Source: an uncultured beta proteobacterium
GTDB taxonomy: Bacteria > Pseudomonadota > Gammaproteobacteria > Burkholderiales > JAEUMW01
DNA: 64,000 bases
Direction: 5' to 3'
Assembly (NCBI GenBank): GCA_963747225.1
Contig: CAVVES010000010.1
Span: forward strand, 11,336-75,335
Both the position numbers and the translations under genes were made by a program. This document shows positions 47,440 to 55,981 of this stretch, one piece after another. Below the pieces are notes generated by a model, which saw nothing but the letters and a program-made list of their open reading frames with translations, was not told where the DNA came from and did not search any database. How positions within the stretch are numbered: position 1 is the stretch's first letter; each line of letters starts with the position of its first letter.

Positions 47440-48705
47440 TCAGCCGCGCGGCCTGCTCTGGAACGGAAAGGCGATTCCCGGCGCCTCACCGTCGACGATC
47501 GCGGCGACCGCCTTCCCCGAACCGCACGCGAGGGTCCAGCCGAGGGTGCCGTGCCCGGTGTTCACGAACACGTTGTCGAAGCGTGTGCGGCCGATGATGG
47601 GAACGTTTCCCGGAGTTGCCGGGCGCAGTCCCGTCCAGTACTCGACCCGAGCATAGTCGCTTGCGCGCGGAAACCAGAGCCGCGCCCGATCGCGTATCGC
47701 CGCGCACCGGACCGCATTGAGGGAGGTGTCGTACCCTGCCATCTCCGCGGTGCCTGCCACGCGCAACCGTTCCCCCAATCGGGACACGACGATCTTGTAC
47801 GCTTCGTCCGTGATGCTGACCGTGGGCGCGCCCGCCGGATCGTCGACCGGAATCGTCACCGAATAGCCTTTCACCGGGTAGACAGGAATCGCGATGCCCG
47901 CGCTGCGCAGCAGCGGTGTGCTATAGCTACCGAGGCACACCACATAGGCATCCGCAAAGAGGTCGGCCGCGGTGCGGGAACCTTCCTGCACGCGCACCGA
48001 GCTCACCTCGTCGCCCTCCCGCCGAAAACCGGCGATGGTGGTCCCTAGGCGAAACTCTACGCCGTGCTCGCGGCAGTGCGCGGCGAGTTCGTCCGTGAAG
48101 CGGCGCGCGTCGCCGGATTCGTCGTCGGGTGCGAAGGTGCCACCGGCGATCTTCAAGGTGGAATACGCGAGTGCGGGTTCGATGGCGAGGCACTGATCGC
48201 GGGTGACCGGATCGACGCGGCAGCCGTGGGCTGTCAGGTCCCAGGCGCGATCCGATGCATCCTCGAATGCGGCCTCCTCTTCGTAGAGTTGCAGGATGCC
48301 GCGTGTCTGGTGGTCGTAGTGGAGCCCAAGCTCGCTGCGCAGCGCGCGCAACGCGTCGCGACTATAGAGACCGAGGGCGAGAGCATCGAAGGTGTTGTGC
48401 CGCGTGCGGCCGGGCAGGCATTCGATCAGGAAGCGCAGGCCCCACGCGAAGAGAGCGGGATCGGCACGCAGTCGAAAGAGCAGCGGCGCATCCTCGCGGC
48501 CGAGCCAGCGTAGTATCTGCGCAGGCGCACCCGGGTTCGCCCACGGCCCGGTCTGGGACGGGGAGATCTGTCCGCCATTGGCGAAGCTCGTCTCGAGAGC
48601 AGGCGCGCTCCGGCGATCGAGCACCGTCACATCGTGGCCACGCGCGCACAGGTACCACGCGGTTGTGACGCCGACCACGCCGGCGCCGAGGACGACGATC
48701 CTCAA
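47440..48705 (-). CDS. dadA: D-amino acid dehydrogenase
   Basis: Collinear with E. coli DadA as recalled (VVLGAGVVGVTTAWYL...ETSFANGGQISP...VYPVKGYSVTIP...TGHGTLGWTLACGSG). The likely TTG start at 48705 has GGAGG 6 nt upstream. The track start at 48711 abuts the SD. Confidence 0.85.
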   Translation of the reverse strand: MRIVVLGAGVVGVTTAWYLCARGHDVTVLDRRSAPALETSFANGGQISPSQTGPWANPGAPAQILRWLGREDAPLLFRLRADPALFAWGLRFLIECLPGRTRHNTFDALALGLYSRDALRALRSELGLHYDHQTRGILQLYEEEAAFEDASDRAWDLTAHGCRVDPVTRDQCLAIEPALAYSTLKIAGGTFAPDDESGDARRFTDELAAHCREHGVEFRLGTTIAGFRREGDEVSSVRVQEGSRTAADLFADAYVVCLGSYSTPLLRSAGIAIPVYPVKGYSVTIPVDDPAGAPTVSITDEAYKIVVSRLGERLRVAGTAEMAGYDTSLNAVRCAAIRDRARLWFPRASDYARVEYWTGLRPATPGNVPIIGRTRFDNVFVNTGHGTLGWTLACGSGKAVAAIVDGEAPGIAFPFQSRPRG

Positions 48706-48783
48706 CCGCAACCTCCGGCCGTCTTCTTGCTGTCATGCGCGCTCGTTAGCATTCTGGATTTCCTATTTCCATCCTGAACTGCC

Positions 48784-50688
48784 ATGCATCCTATAGACGA
48801 TGACGAGCTTAGCAACCCCTCCGCCCAAGTCGAGAACTACGAGAGCCCCGTCACGCGGCGCGCGATCCTCAAGAGCAGCGTCGCCCTGGCGGTCCTGTCC
48901 GCATTCGGCTGCGCACGACGGTCGACCTTCGAAGCCCCCAGGACGAGCAGCCAGCTTCTCGGCTTCAACGCGGTGTCGGTCTCGACGGAAGACAGCGTGT
49001 ACGTTCCCGCAGGTTACCGCGCGACCGTGCTCTGGCGCTGGGGAGACCCGACCGGCAGCCGGCAAGGGCAACCCGCCTTCCGCGACGATGCGTCGAACAG
49101 TGCGGACGAACAGATGCTCCAGGCGGGCATGCATCACGACGGGATGCACTTCTTTCCGCTGCCCTACGGCTCGAGGAATTCCCGCCGTGGATTGCTGGTG
49201 GTCAACCACGAATACACCGACGACGGGTTGCTGCACACCGACGGCATGAAGAGCTGGACCGCGGAGAAGGTGCGCAAGTCGCAGGCAGCCCACGGCGTGT
49301 CGGTGATCGAGATCGAAAACGCGGATGGCGCGTGGCAAGTGGTCTCGCCATCCGACTACGCACGCCGGATCAGCGCCTTCACGCCCATGTCGATCTCCGG
49401 CCCAGCTGCGGGGCATGAAGCGCTGAAGACCGTCGCAGACCCTTCCGGCCGTGAGGTGCTCGGCACCTTCAACAACTGTGCGAATGGCGTGACGCCGTGG
49501 GGCACCTACCTCGCGTGCGAGGAAAATTTCAACGTGTATTTCGACGGCGGCAAGACTGTCACTTCGGCGATGAGCCGTTACGGCATCGCCAAACGTCAAG
49601 GCATGCGCTGGCAGGAGTTCGATCTCCGCTTCGATTGCGCGCAGGAACCGAACGAGTGCAACCGTTTCGGCTGGGTCGTCGAGATCGACCCGCGGGACCC
49701 CGCGTCGAAGCCCGTGAAGCGGACCGCCCTCGGCCGTTTCAAGCATGAAGGCGCTGCGCTCGCCATCGCACCCGACGGCCGCGTCGTGTACTACCTGGGC
49801 GATGATGAAGCGTTCGAATACCTCTACAAGTTCGTCAGCGCAAAACCGTGGAACCCCGAAGACCGTGCCGCGAATCGCAAGCTGCTCGATGAGGGAACGC
49901 TCTACGTCGCGCAGTTCTCCGACGACGGCAGGGGACTCTGGCTTCCCCTCGTGCATGGAAAGAACGGCCTGACGGCGGAAAACGGATTCGCATCCCAGTC
50001 GGACGTTCTGATTCACGCCCGGTTGGCCGCGGACAAGGTGGGCGCAACGCCCATGGACCGGCCCGAGTGGATCGCGGTGCATCCGAAGAGCCGCGACGTG
50101 TACTGTTCGCTCACCAACAACGCGAAGCGCGGCGAAAGCCACCGGGGCGGCGTCGGCGCAGCCAATCCCCGCGCCGAGAATGTCTTCGGTCACATCATCC
50201 GTTGGCACGAGGCTGCCACCGACCCGGCGGCGATCAGTTTCGAGTGGGACATCTTTCTGCTTGCCGGCGATCCTGCGCACGCCGATCCAGCGAAACGCGG
50301 CAACATCAAGGGCGACGCGTTCGGGAGCCCGGACGGACTGCGGGTGGATGCGCGCGGCGTGCTGTGGATCGAGACCGACGTCACGACGAAGACCTTGCGG
50401 CAGGGCGACTACGCCAACCTCGGCAACAACCAGATGCTCGCCGCCGATCCCGCGACCGGCGAGGTGCGCCGCTTCCTGACAGGACCCAACGGTTGCGAGA
50501 TCACGGGAATCACGCAAACACCGGACGGTACAACCATGTTCGTCAACATCCAGCATCCCGGAGAAGCCGCCAACGAGCGCAGCGATCCGGACAAGCCGAC
50601 CGCCATTTCGAGCTGGCCCGACGGCGGCCGCCCGCGTTCCGCGACGATCGTGATCCAGAAAGTGGACGGTGGCGTGATCGGAAGCTGA
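48784..50688 (+). CDS. phoX: PhoX-family alkaline phosphatase (DUF839), Tat-exported
   Basis: Twin-arginine signal TRRAILKSSVALAVL; ...HDGMHFFP...NHEY...NCANGVTPWGTYLACEEN...FGWVVEIDP...RFKHEG... Confidence 0.85.
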   Translation: MHPIDDDELSNPSAQVENYESPVTRRAILKSSVALAVLSAFGCARRSTFEAPRTSSQLLGFNAVSVSTEDSVYVPAGYRATVLWRWGDPTGSRQGQPAFRDDASNSADEQMLQAGMHHDGMHFFPLPYGSRNSRRGLLVVNHEYTDDGLLHTDGMKSWTAEKVRKSQAAHGVSVIEIENADGAWQVVSPSDYARRISAFTPMSISGPAAGHEALKTVADPSGREVLGTFNNCANGVTPWGTYLACEENFNVYFDGGKTVTSAMSRYGIAKRQGMRWQEFDLRFDCAQEPNECNRFGWVVEIDPRDPASKPVKRTALGRFKHEGAALAIAPDGRVVYYLGDDEAFEYLYKFVSAKPWNPEDRAANRKLLDEGTLYVAQFSDDGRGLWLPLVHGKNGLTAENGFASQSDVLIHARLAADKVGATPMDRPEWIAVHPKSRDVYCSLTNNAKRGESHRGGVGAANPRAENVFGHIIRWHEAATDPAAISFEWDIFLLAGDPAHADPAKRGNIKGDAFGSPDGLRVDARGVLWIETDVTTKTLRQGDYANLGNNQMLAADPATGEVRRFLTGPNGCEITGITQTPDGTTMFVNIQHPGEAANERSDPDKPTAISSWPDGGRPRSATIVIQKVDGGVIGS

Positions 50689-50743
50689 TGTCAGACCGGG
50701 AGCCGCTTCCCGCGACGCGCCGTTTGCTTTGGCGACGGTCGGC

Positions 50744-50774
50744 GGAAAGTCAGCTTGGCGAAAGCTGACTTTCC
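50744..50774 (+). terminator. 13-bp stem hairpin downstream of phoX
   Basis: GGAAAGTCAGCTT-GGCGA-AAGCTGACTTTCC read from the sequence. The trailing T-run is weak. Confidence 0.45.
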
Positions 50775-51021
50775 TATACTGATCGGTGGGGGAACCACGT
50801 ACGATAGCAGGACGCGCTCGATCGACGCGCGTCCACTGAAGCCACTCCGGGCGCGCGCACAATCGTTGCCCGCCGTCGGCGATTCTGCTTTGCGCCGGCC
50901 TGAAGCCGGCGCGTATCGGCGCTTCTCTTGCGATTCGGCAGATTCCCTCAGGGGTTCACGCGTGAGTGATCGGGCAGTCCCGTCCCGGCTCCCGACGTGA
51001 TATTGGTCGATGGAGGTGATC

Positions 51022-52998
51022 ATGGCGAGCGGTCTGCTGTGGATTCGGTTCGGGTTCGGTCTTCGGAGCACTCGATCGTGCGCATTGAGCGCGGGGCTCG
51101 CAGGCGTTCTTCTGCTCGGTGCCTCTGTGAGCGCGGCCCAGACGGTGCCCACGGGCCCGATGATCCTGATCTCCCGCCTGAGCGGTCAATGCGTCACCAA
51201 TCCAGGGACCACGGCGACGTTGAACGTTCAGATGGTCCAGAAGCCCTGCTCGGGCCCGCTCGCCGAACAATGGACGATGCAGACCGTGACCGGGGGCGGC
51301 TACAAAATCGTGTCGCGGCTCAACAACCTGTGCCTGGCTGTCCAGGCGAATTCCACGGCCGACGGGGCCGCAGTCGTCCAGTACACCTGCAACGGCGCGA
51401 CCGCCCAGACCTGGACCCCGCAGGCGAGTGGCAGCGGGGTGCGGTTCGTCGCGAAGAACAGCGGCAAGTGCCTCAATGTGATGAATGCCTGGCGCGGCAT
51501 CGGGGTCAAAATCACCCAGGCTGCGTGCAACAGTTCGAACCAGCAGAGGTGGGCCATGTCCACCACGTCCCTGCCTTCCCAGTGGAGTGCGAAGATCACC
51601 TTTCCGCTGGTGCCGGTCGCCGTCGCGAACATGCCCGACGGACGTCTCGTGATCTGGTCCGCGTACGACCGGCTCAATTTCACGCCGACCGCGGACTACG
51701 GGAAAACGTACACCTCGATTTACGATCCGCAAACGGGATCGAAGACGGACACGCTGGTGACCAACACCCAGCACGACATGTTCTGTCCGGGCACGACCAT
51801 GCTTCCGGACGGCAGACTACTCGTCAACGGCGGGAGCAGCAGCGCGAAGACGAGCATCTTCGATCCAGGCACGGCTACCTGGTCCGCGTCGGGTGCTATG
51901 AGCATCACGCGCGGCTATCAGGGCAATACCCTGACCTCGAACAGCGAGGTGCTGACCCTCGGCGGTTCCTGGAGCGGCGGGCGCGGCAACAAACACGCCG
52001 AGATCTGGGCGAAGGGGAATTGGCGGCGGCTGCCCGGCGTTCCCGTCGATCAGTTCATCGGGCCCGATCCGAAGGGGATCTACCGCGGTGACAATCATCT
52101 CTGGCTGCTAGCGTGGAGCAACGGATGGGTCTTCCAGGCCGGTCCCTCCGCGCGCATGCACTGGATCGACACCAGCGGCGACGGCAACGTGCTTGATGCC
52201 GGTCCGCGCGGCATGGACGCCTTCTCCATGAACGGCAACGCCGTGATGTACGACACCGGCCTCGTCCTCAAGACGGGAGGCGCACCGGCCTACGATGGCG
52301 GCCTCGCCACGGACAGTGCGTATCGGATCAACATGAACGTCGCGACGCCGCCTGGCGTGGTCACGGTGACCACCCTCGCGCCGATGGTGTTTCCGCGTGC
52401 ACTGCACAACAGCGTGGTGCTTCCAGACGGCCGGGTGATTCTCGTCGGCGGGACGAACGTATCACTGACGTTCTCCGATGCCTATCCGGTCCTGATGGCA
52501 GAGCAGTGGGATCCAGCCACGGGCACGTTTACCCGGCTCTCGGCCATGCAGACACCCCGCACCTATCACGGCGTCGCCATTCTTTTGCCGGACGGCCGCG
52601 TCTTCGTCGGCGGAGGTGGATTGTGCGGACCCTCGTGCACCGTCAATCACACGGACGCGGAGATCTTCACGCCACCTTACCTCCTGAACGCGAATGGAAC
52701 GCTGGCTCCGCGCCCCACGATCATCTCCGCTCCCAGCAGCGCCACGTTCGGCAGTACGATCACCGTCACCACCGACACGGCGGTGACCCGGTTCGCCCTC
52801 GTGCGAATGTCCGCTGTGACGCACTCGGTCAACAACGATCAGCGCCGGATTCCGCTGGCGATCGTCGGCGGCAACGCGGCAGGCTACACGCTCACCATCC
52901 CGGCAGATCGGGGTGTCGTGCTGCCCGGCAATTACATGTTGTTCGCGTTGAACTCCGCCGGCCGACCGAGCTACGCCAAGGTGATCAATATCCGGTAG
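51022..52998 (+). CDS. Galactose oxidase-type copper radical oxidase (AA5_2-like) with N-terminal ricin-B lectin domain
   Basis: Signal peptide. Three QxW repeats (EQW, QTW, QRW), then motif-by-motif collinearity with fungal galactose oxidase: HDMFCPG, RGYQ, GGSWSGG, RTYHGVA, NHTDAEIFTPPYL, DQRRIPL, GNYMLFALNSAGRPS. GGAGG lies 5 nt before the ATG at 51022. Confidence 0.85.
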   Translation: MASGLLWIRFGFGLRSTRSCALSAGLAGVLLLGASVSAAQTVPTGPMILISRLSGQCVTNPGTTATLNVQMVQKPCSGPLAEQWTMQTVTGGGYKIVSRLNNLCLAVQANSTADGAAVVQYTCNGATAQTWTPQASGSGVRFVAKNSGKCLNVMNAWRGIGVKITQAACNSSNQQRWAMSTTSLPSQWSAKITFPLVPVAVANMPDGRLVIWSAYDRLNFTPTADYGKTYTSIYDPQTGSKTDTLVTNTQHDMFCPGTTMLPDGRLLVNGGSSSAKTSIFDPGTATWSASGAMSITRGYQGNTLTSNSEVLTLGGSWSGGRGNKHAEIWAKGNWRRLPGVPVDQFIGPDPKGIYRGDNHLWLLAWSNGWVFQAGPSARMHWIDTSGDGNVLDAGPRGMDAFSMNGNAVMYDTGLVLKTGGAPAYDGGLATDSAYRINMNVATPPGVVTVTTLAPMVFPRALHNSVVLPDGRVILVGGTNVSLTFSDAYPVLMAEQWDPATGTFTRLSAMQTPRTYHGVAILLPDGRVFVGGGGLCGPSCTVNHTDAEIFTPPYLLNANGTLAPRPTIISAPSSATFGSTITVTTDTAVTRFALVRMSAVTHSVNNDQRRIPLAIVGGNAAGYTLTIPADRGVVLPGNYMLFALNSAGRPSYAKVINIR

Positions 52999-53074
52999 CG
53001 GCGGTGACCTGACGCTCCTGTGAGGTTGTTGGCTTCGTGCGCAGCCGCGGGGCAAGTGCGTCGGCGTATTGCAT

Positions 53075-54016
53075 TTACTTGCGCGCAGCCTTGACCATCT
53101 CGCGCACCAGGTCGTCGGGTGTCCATTCGTTGCCGACGAAGATCTTCCGCAGCCTGCCTTCGGTGTCGATCACCGCCGTGCGCAAATTGTGATCGAGCTC
53201 CGATCCGTTACGACGGACGACGAGCCCGAATCGTCCCGCGAGCCGGTCGACGACGCTCATCTCGGCAGTGGCGAAGGTCCAGCGCTCGGGATCGTGGGGG
53301 TACCGCTCACCGTATCGCTTCAGTTCCGCCGGCGTGTCGAACTCGGGGTCGAAAGAAATCGAAAGCAGGTGCCAGTTTCGGGGAGACTTTCTCGCCGCGA
53401 GCTGTTCGCCGGCCTCCGCGAAGTTGGACGACATGCGCCGGCAGAAGTCGGGCACGGGGCATCGGGTGAAGACAAAGGTCAGAGCGAGCGCATTTCCCTT
53501 GAATTGATCAAGTCTGATGCTCCGGCCGGATTCGTCGGTCAGGACATAGTCCGGCACCCTCTCTCCCACCTTCAGCGGCTTGATGATCGGCGCCGCGTCG
53601 GAAGCCGATCTGTTCAGCGGATCGGTCTTGCCGGTTTTCCTGATCTCGTCGATCCAGTTGTCCTGCTCCGACACGTGGAGCCGGAACGTTACCTCATCTC
53701 CCGGCGCGAGATTGCGCAGCTCTGTTTCGTCCGTAACTTTGAAAGGCATCGTCATGGCCGGCATGAAATCCGGCACCGCTTCGTGCCGGATGACGACGGT
53801 TCGCCCCCCCGCCAGCAACTCCTGTACGACGCCTCTGACGAGAAACTTCTGCGCTTCGACCGCACTCTCGGGCACTTCGGTCGACTGTGCACGCGCGGCG
53901 GTGACACCCACCGGAAACGGTGTGTCCCAGAGGATTGCACTCGCGCAACAAACCGCGAGGAAGAAAAGAAGCTTCCGCCTTTCGTTTCCCGCTGGCGCCT
54001 TATCCTCCGCCGACAT
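53075..54016 (-). CDS. Copper chaperone: CusF-like (MxM) domain fused to SCO1/SenC thioredoxin-fold domain
   Basis: N-terminal TM/signal. ...IRHEAVPDFMPAMTMPFKV...FRLHV (CusF-like). Then ...LTFVFTRCPVPDFC...SISFDPEFDTP...DHNLRT (Sco CxxxC and His). The start overlaps the decarboxylase stop by 17 nt. Confidence 0.8.
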   Translation of the reverse strand: MSAEDKAPAGNERRKLLFFLAVCCASAILWDTPFPVGVTAARAQSTEVPESAVEAQKFLVRGVVQELLAGGRTVVIRHEAVPDFMPAMTMPFKVTDETELRNLAPGDEVTFRLHVSEQDNWIDEIRKTGKTDPLNRSASDAAPIIKPLKVGERVPDYVLTDESGRSIRLDQFKGNALALTFVFTRCPVPDFCRRMSSNFAEAGEQLAARKSPRNWHLLSISFDPEFDTPAELKRYGERYPHDPERWTFATAEMSVVDRLAGRFGLVVRRNGSELDHNLRTAVIDTEGRLRKIFVGNEWTPDDLVREMVKAARK

Positions 54017-55655
54017 GGGAGCGCAGGTGCTCCGCCAGCCGTCGCATGGCGGGCGACGGATCGTCGGGAGAAAGATGCACGTTGATGATGCTCGGGCACT
54101 TCCGCTCCTTGAGTGCATCCGTGATCGCACGCTCGAATTCCTCTTCCGTCGCAGCGTCGAATCCGCGCACGTCACCGATGAGCTCGCCGATCCGGTCGAA
54201 TTGCCAGCTGGCGACGTCGTTGAACGGGCCCTCGAGGATGTAACGCTCGGTGCTGTAGCCGCGGTTGTTGAAAACCACGACCACCGGCGCGAGGCCGAGT
54301 CGCGCATGGGTGGACAGCTCCGTGCCGGTCATCTGGAAGGCACCGTCGCCGACGAGGATCAATGCGCGCCGATCCGGCCGGGCCACCTGGGCGCCGAGGG
54401 CGGCGGGCACCCCGAACCCCATGGTGGTGTAGAACGCCGAGGCGAGAAACTCGGTTCGATCGTGCACGCGCAGCTCGATCGCGGCGAACAGGCAATCGCC
54501 TACGTCGGACACGACGATCATCTCCGGGCTCAGCTTGTCGTTGAGCCGACCAATCAATCGCGCGATGGACATCGGTCTGCCGGGCTCGGGAAATCCCGGC
54601 GCAGTAGCACCGCCGGTATCGCTCGGCAGCGCTTCCTTACGCGCCGTGATCCTGCGCGACAAGCCGACCATGAAGTCCGCGAGCTGCACGTGGCTGTAGC
54701 GGTGATGACGGATGATGATTTCACCCTGGCTTGCGCGCACCATGCGCTGTGGATCGAGGCGCGCGGTGTAGATGCCGGTGTCCACGTCGTTGAGGGTGAC
54801 GCCGAGCATGAGCAGCAGGTCGGACTGCTCCACCAGATAGCGCGCGCTCTCCGAGCTCATCGCGCCTTCGTACACGCCGACATAGGCGGGATGCCGCTCG
54901 CCGATCACGGACTTGCCCGTCAGCGTCGCTGCGATGGGCATGCGGGCGCGCTCGACGAGACGCATCAGCGCATCCTGCAAACCGCGCCGGTGCACTTCGA
55001 CTCCGGCAATCAGCACCGGCGAGGAAGACTGCTCGAGCAGCTCCAGGGTTTCGTCGATCGCCTCGCTGACCGCTTCGTGGTGGCTCGCATCTTCAGGAAC
55101 CGGCTCGATCGCCGGCACCGGGTAACCTTCCGCCATCACCATATCCCGTGGCAGCTCGATGTACACCGGTTTGCGGAAACGCTGGGCGGCAGCGATCGTT
55201 CGATCGATCTGGCGGAACGCGGTGACGGGATCGTCGAGCACGGTCGTTGCGCAGGTGATCCGATCGAAGATCTCGCGCTGGAACGTGAACGGACCGAAGC
55301 GGTGGTGCAGCAGCGGATCTTCCTGCTGCTCACGCACCCCCGGCGCGCCACTGATCACCACGACCGGCGACGACTCCGCATGGGCGCCTGCCACCGCGTT
55401 GACGACGTTCAACGCACCGACGCCGTAGGTAACCGCGAGCGCACCAATGCCCTGACAGCGCGCGTAGCCGTCGGCCGCAAACGCCGCCGTGTCCTCGCGC
55501 GTCGTGCCGATGTGGACGATCCCGCTCTTCGTGATCTCGTCGTAGAACCGGAGAATGTAGTCTCCGGGTACACCGAAGACGTGACGCGCCCCCGCCTCGA
55601 CGAGGCGTTGGAGGAGATACTGCCCGATGCCCGGGTGTCGAGCGCTGTCTGGCAT
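54000..55655 (-). CDS. Thiamine-diphosphate-dependent 2-keto-acid (indolepyruvate/phenylpyruvate-type) decarboxylase
   Basis: 551 aa; IGQYLLQRLVEAGARHVFGVPGDY...TTREDTAAFAADGYAR...VTYGVGALN... and a C-terminal TPP motif ...LVGDGAFQMT...NNRGY... Confidence 0.85.
   Translation of the reverse strand: MPDSARHPGIGQYLLQRLVEAGARHVFGVPGDYILRFYDEITKSGIVHIGTTREDTAAFAADGYARCQGIGALAVTYGVGALNVVNAVAGAHAESSPVVVISGAPGVREQQEDPLLHHRFGPFTFQREIFDRITCATTVLDDPVTAFRQIDRTIAAAQRFRKPVYIELPRDMVMAEGYPVPAIEPVPEDASHHEAVSEAIDETLELLEQSSSPVLIAGVEVHRRGLQDALMRLVERARMPIAATLTGKSVIGERHPAYVGVYEGAMSSESARYLVEQSDLLLMLGVTLNDVDTGIYTARLDPQRMVRASQGEIIIRHHRYSHVQLADFMVGLSRRITARKEALPSDTGGATAPGFPEPGRPMSIARLIGRLNDKLSPEMIVVSDVGDCLFAAIELRVHDRTEFLASAFYTTMGFGVPAALGAQVARPDRRALILVGDGAFQMTGTELSTHARLGLAPVVVVFNNRGYSTERYILEGPFNDVASWQFDRIGELIGDVRGFDAATEEEFERAITDALKERKCPSIINVHLSPDDPSPAMRRLAEHLRSHVGGG
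55254..55655. repeat. Direct repeat copy A (codons 1-134 of the decarboxylase gene); partner at 59493-59894
   Basis: Manual alignment shows the same orientation, no gaps and roughly 25 substitutions in 402 bp. Homology starts at the ATG and ends after ...FQREIFDRIT. Confidence 0.85.
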
Positions 55656-55981
55656 TCAGTTCTCTCGTTTGATCGCGCCGCTATCGATCAGGCACCTGCC
55701 GCAAGGCGACTTCCACGCAAGGGACTCTCATGCGCTGCGGTTGGCCGAAAATACCGGGGGTTCAGCGGCAGGTCAAGGCGCACCGGTTGGATCGGCATTG
55801 ATCTCTGCGCCCGTTCAAACTGTTCCCGAATAACACGATCGGCAACCCGTTCGATGGACACCACGAAGGTCGTCCAGACGTCGAGGATATCGAGATCGGT
55901 GCTCAGCGTCTCGCACTTCCCCTTCGCTGCTCGCGCGAACCCGGTGATGTGCCGCTCGATGCCGCTACAACAGTCGCGGGC

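Noticed and set aside
48763-50862. 699-aa minus-strand ORF over phoX
   Set aside because: Shadow ORF; the plus strand has a Tat signal and PhoX motifs.
55656-55981. Coding-like minus-strand frame (…GIERHITGFARAAKGKCETLSTDLDILDVWTTFVVSIERVADRVIRE…) between the hydrolase stop and the decarboxylase start
   Set aside because: It has GC3 bias but no start codon before the late Met, and I recognise no family. I treat it as a possible gene relic, not as a gene.
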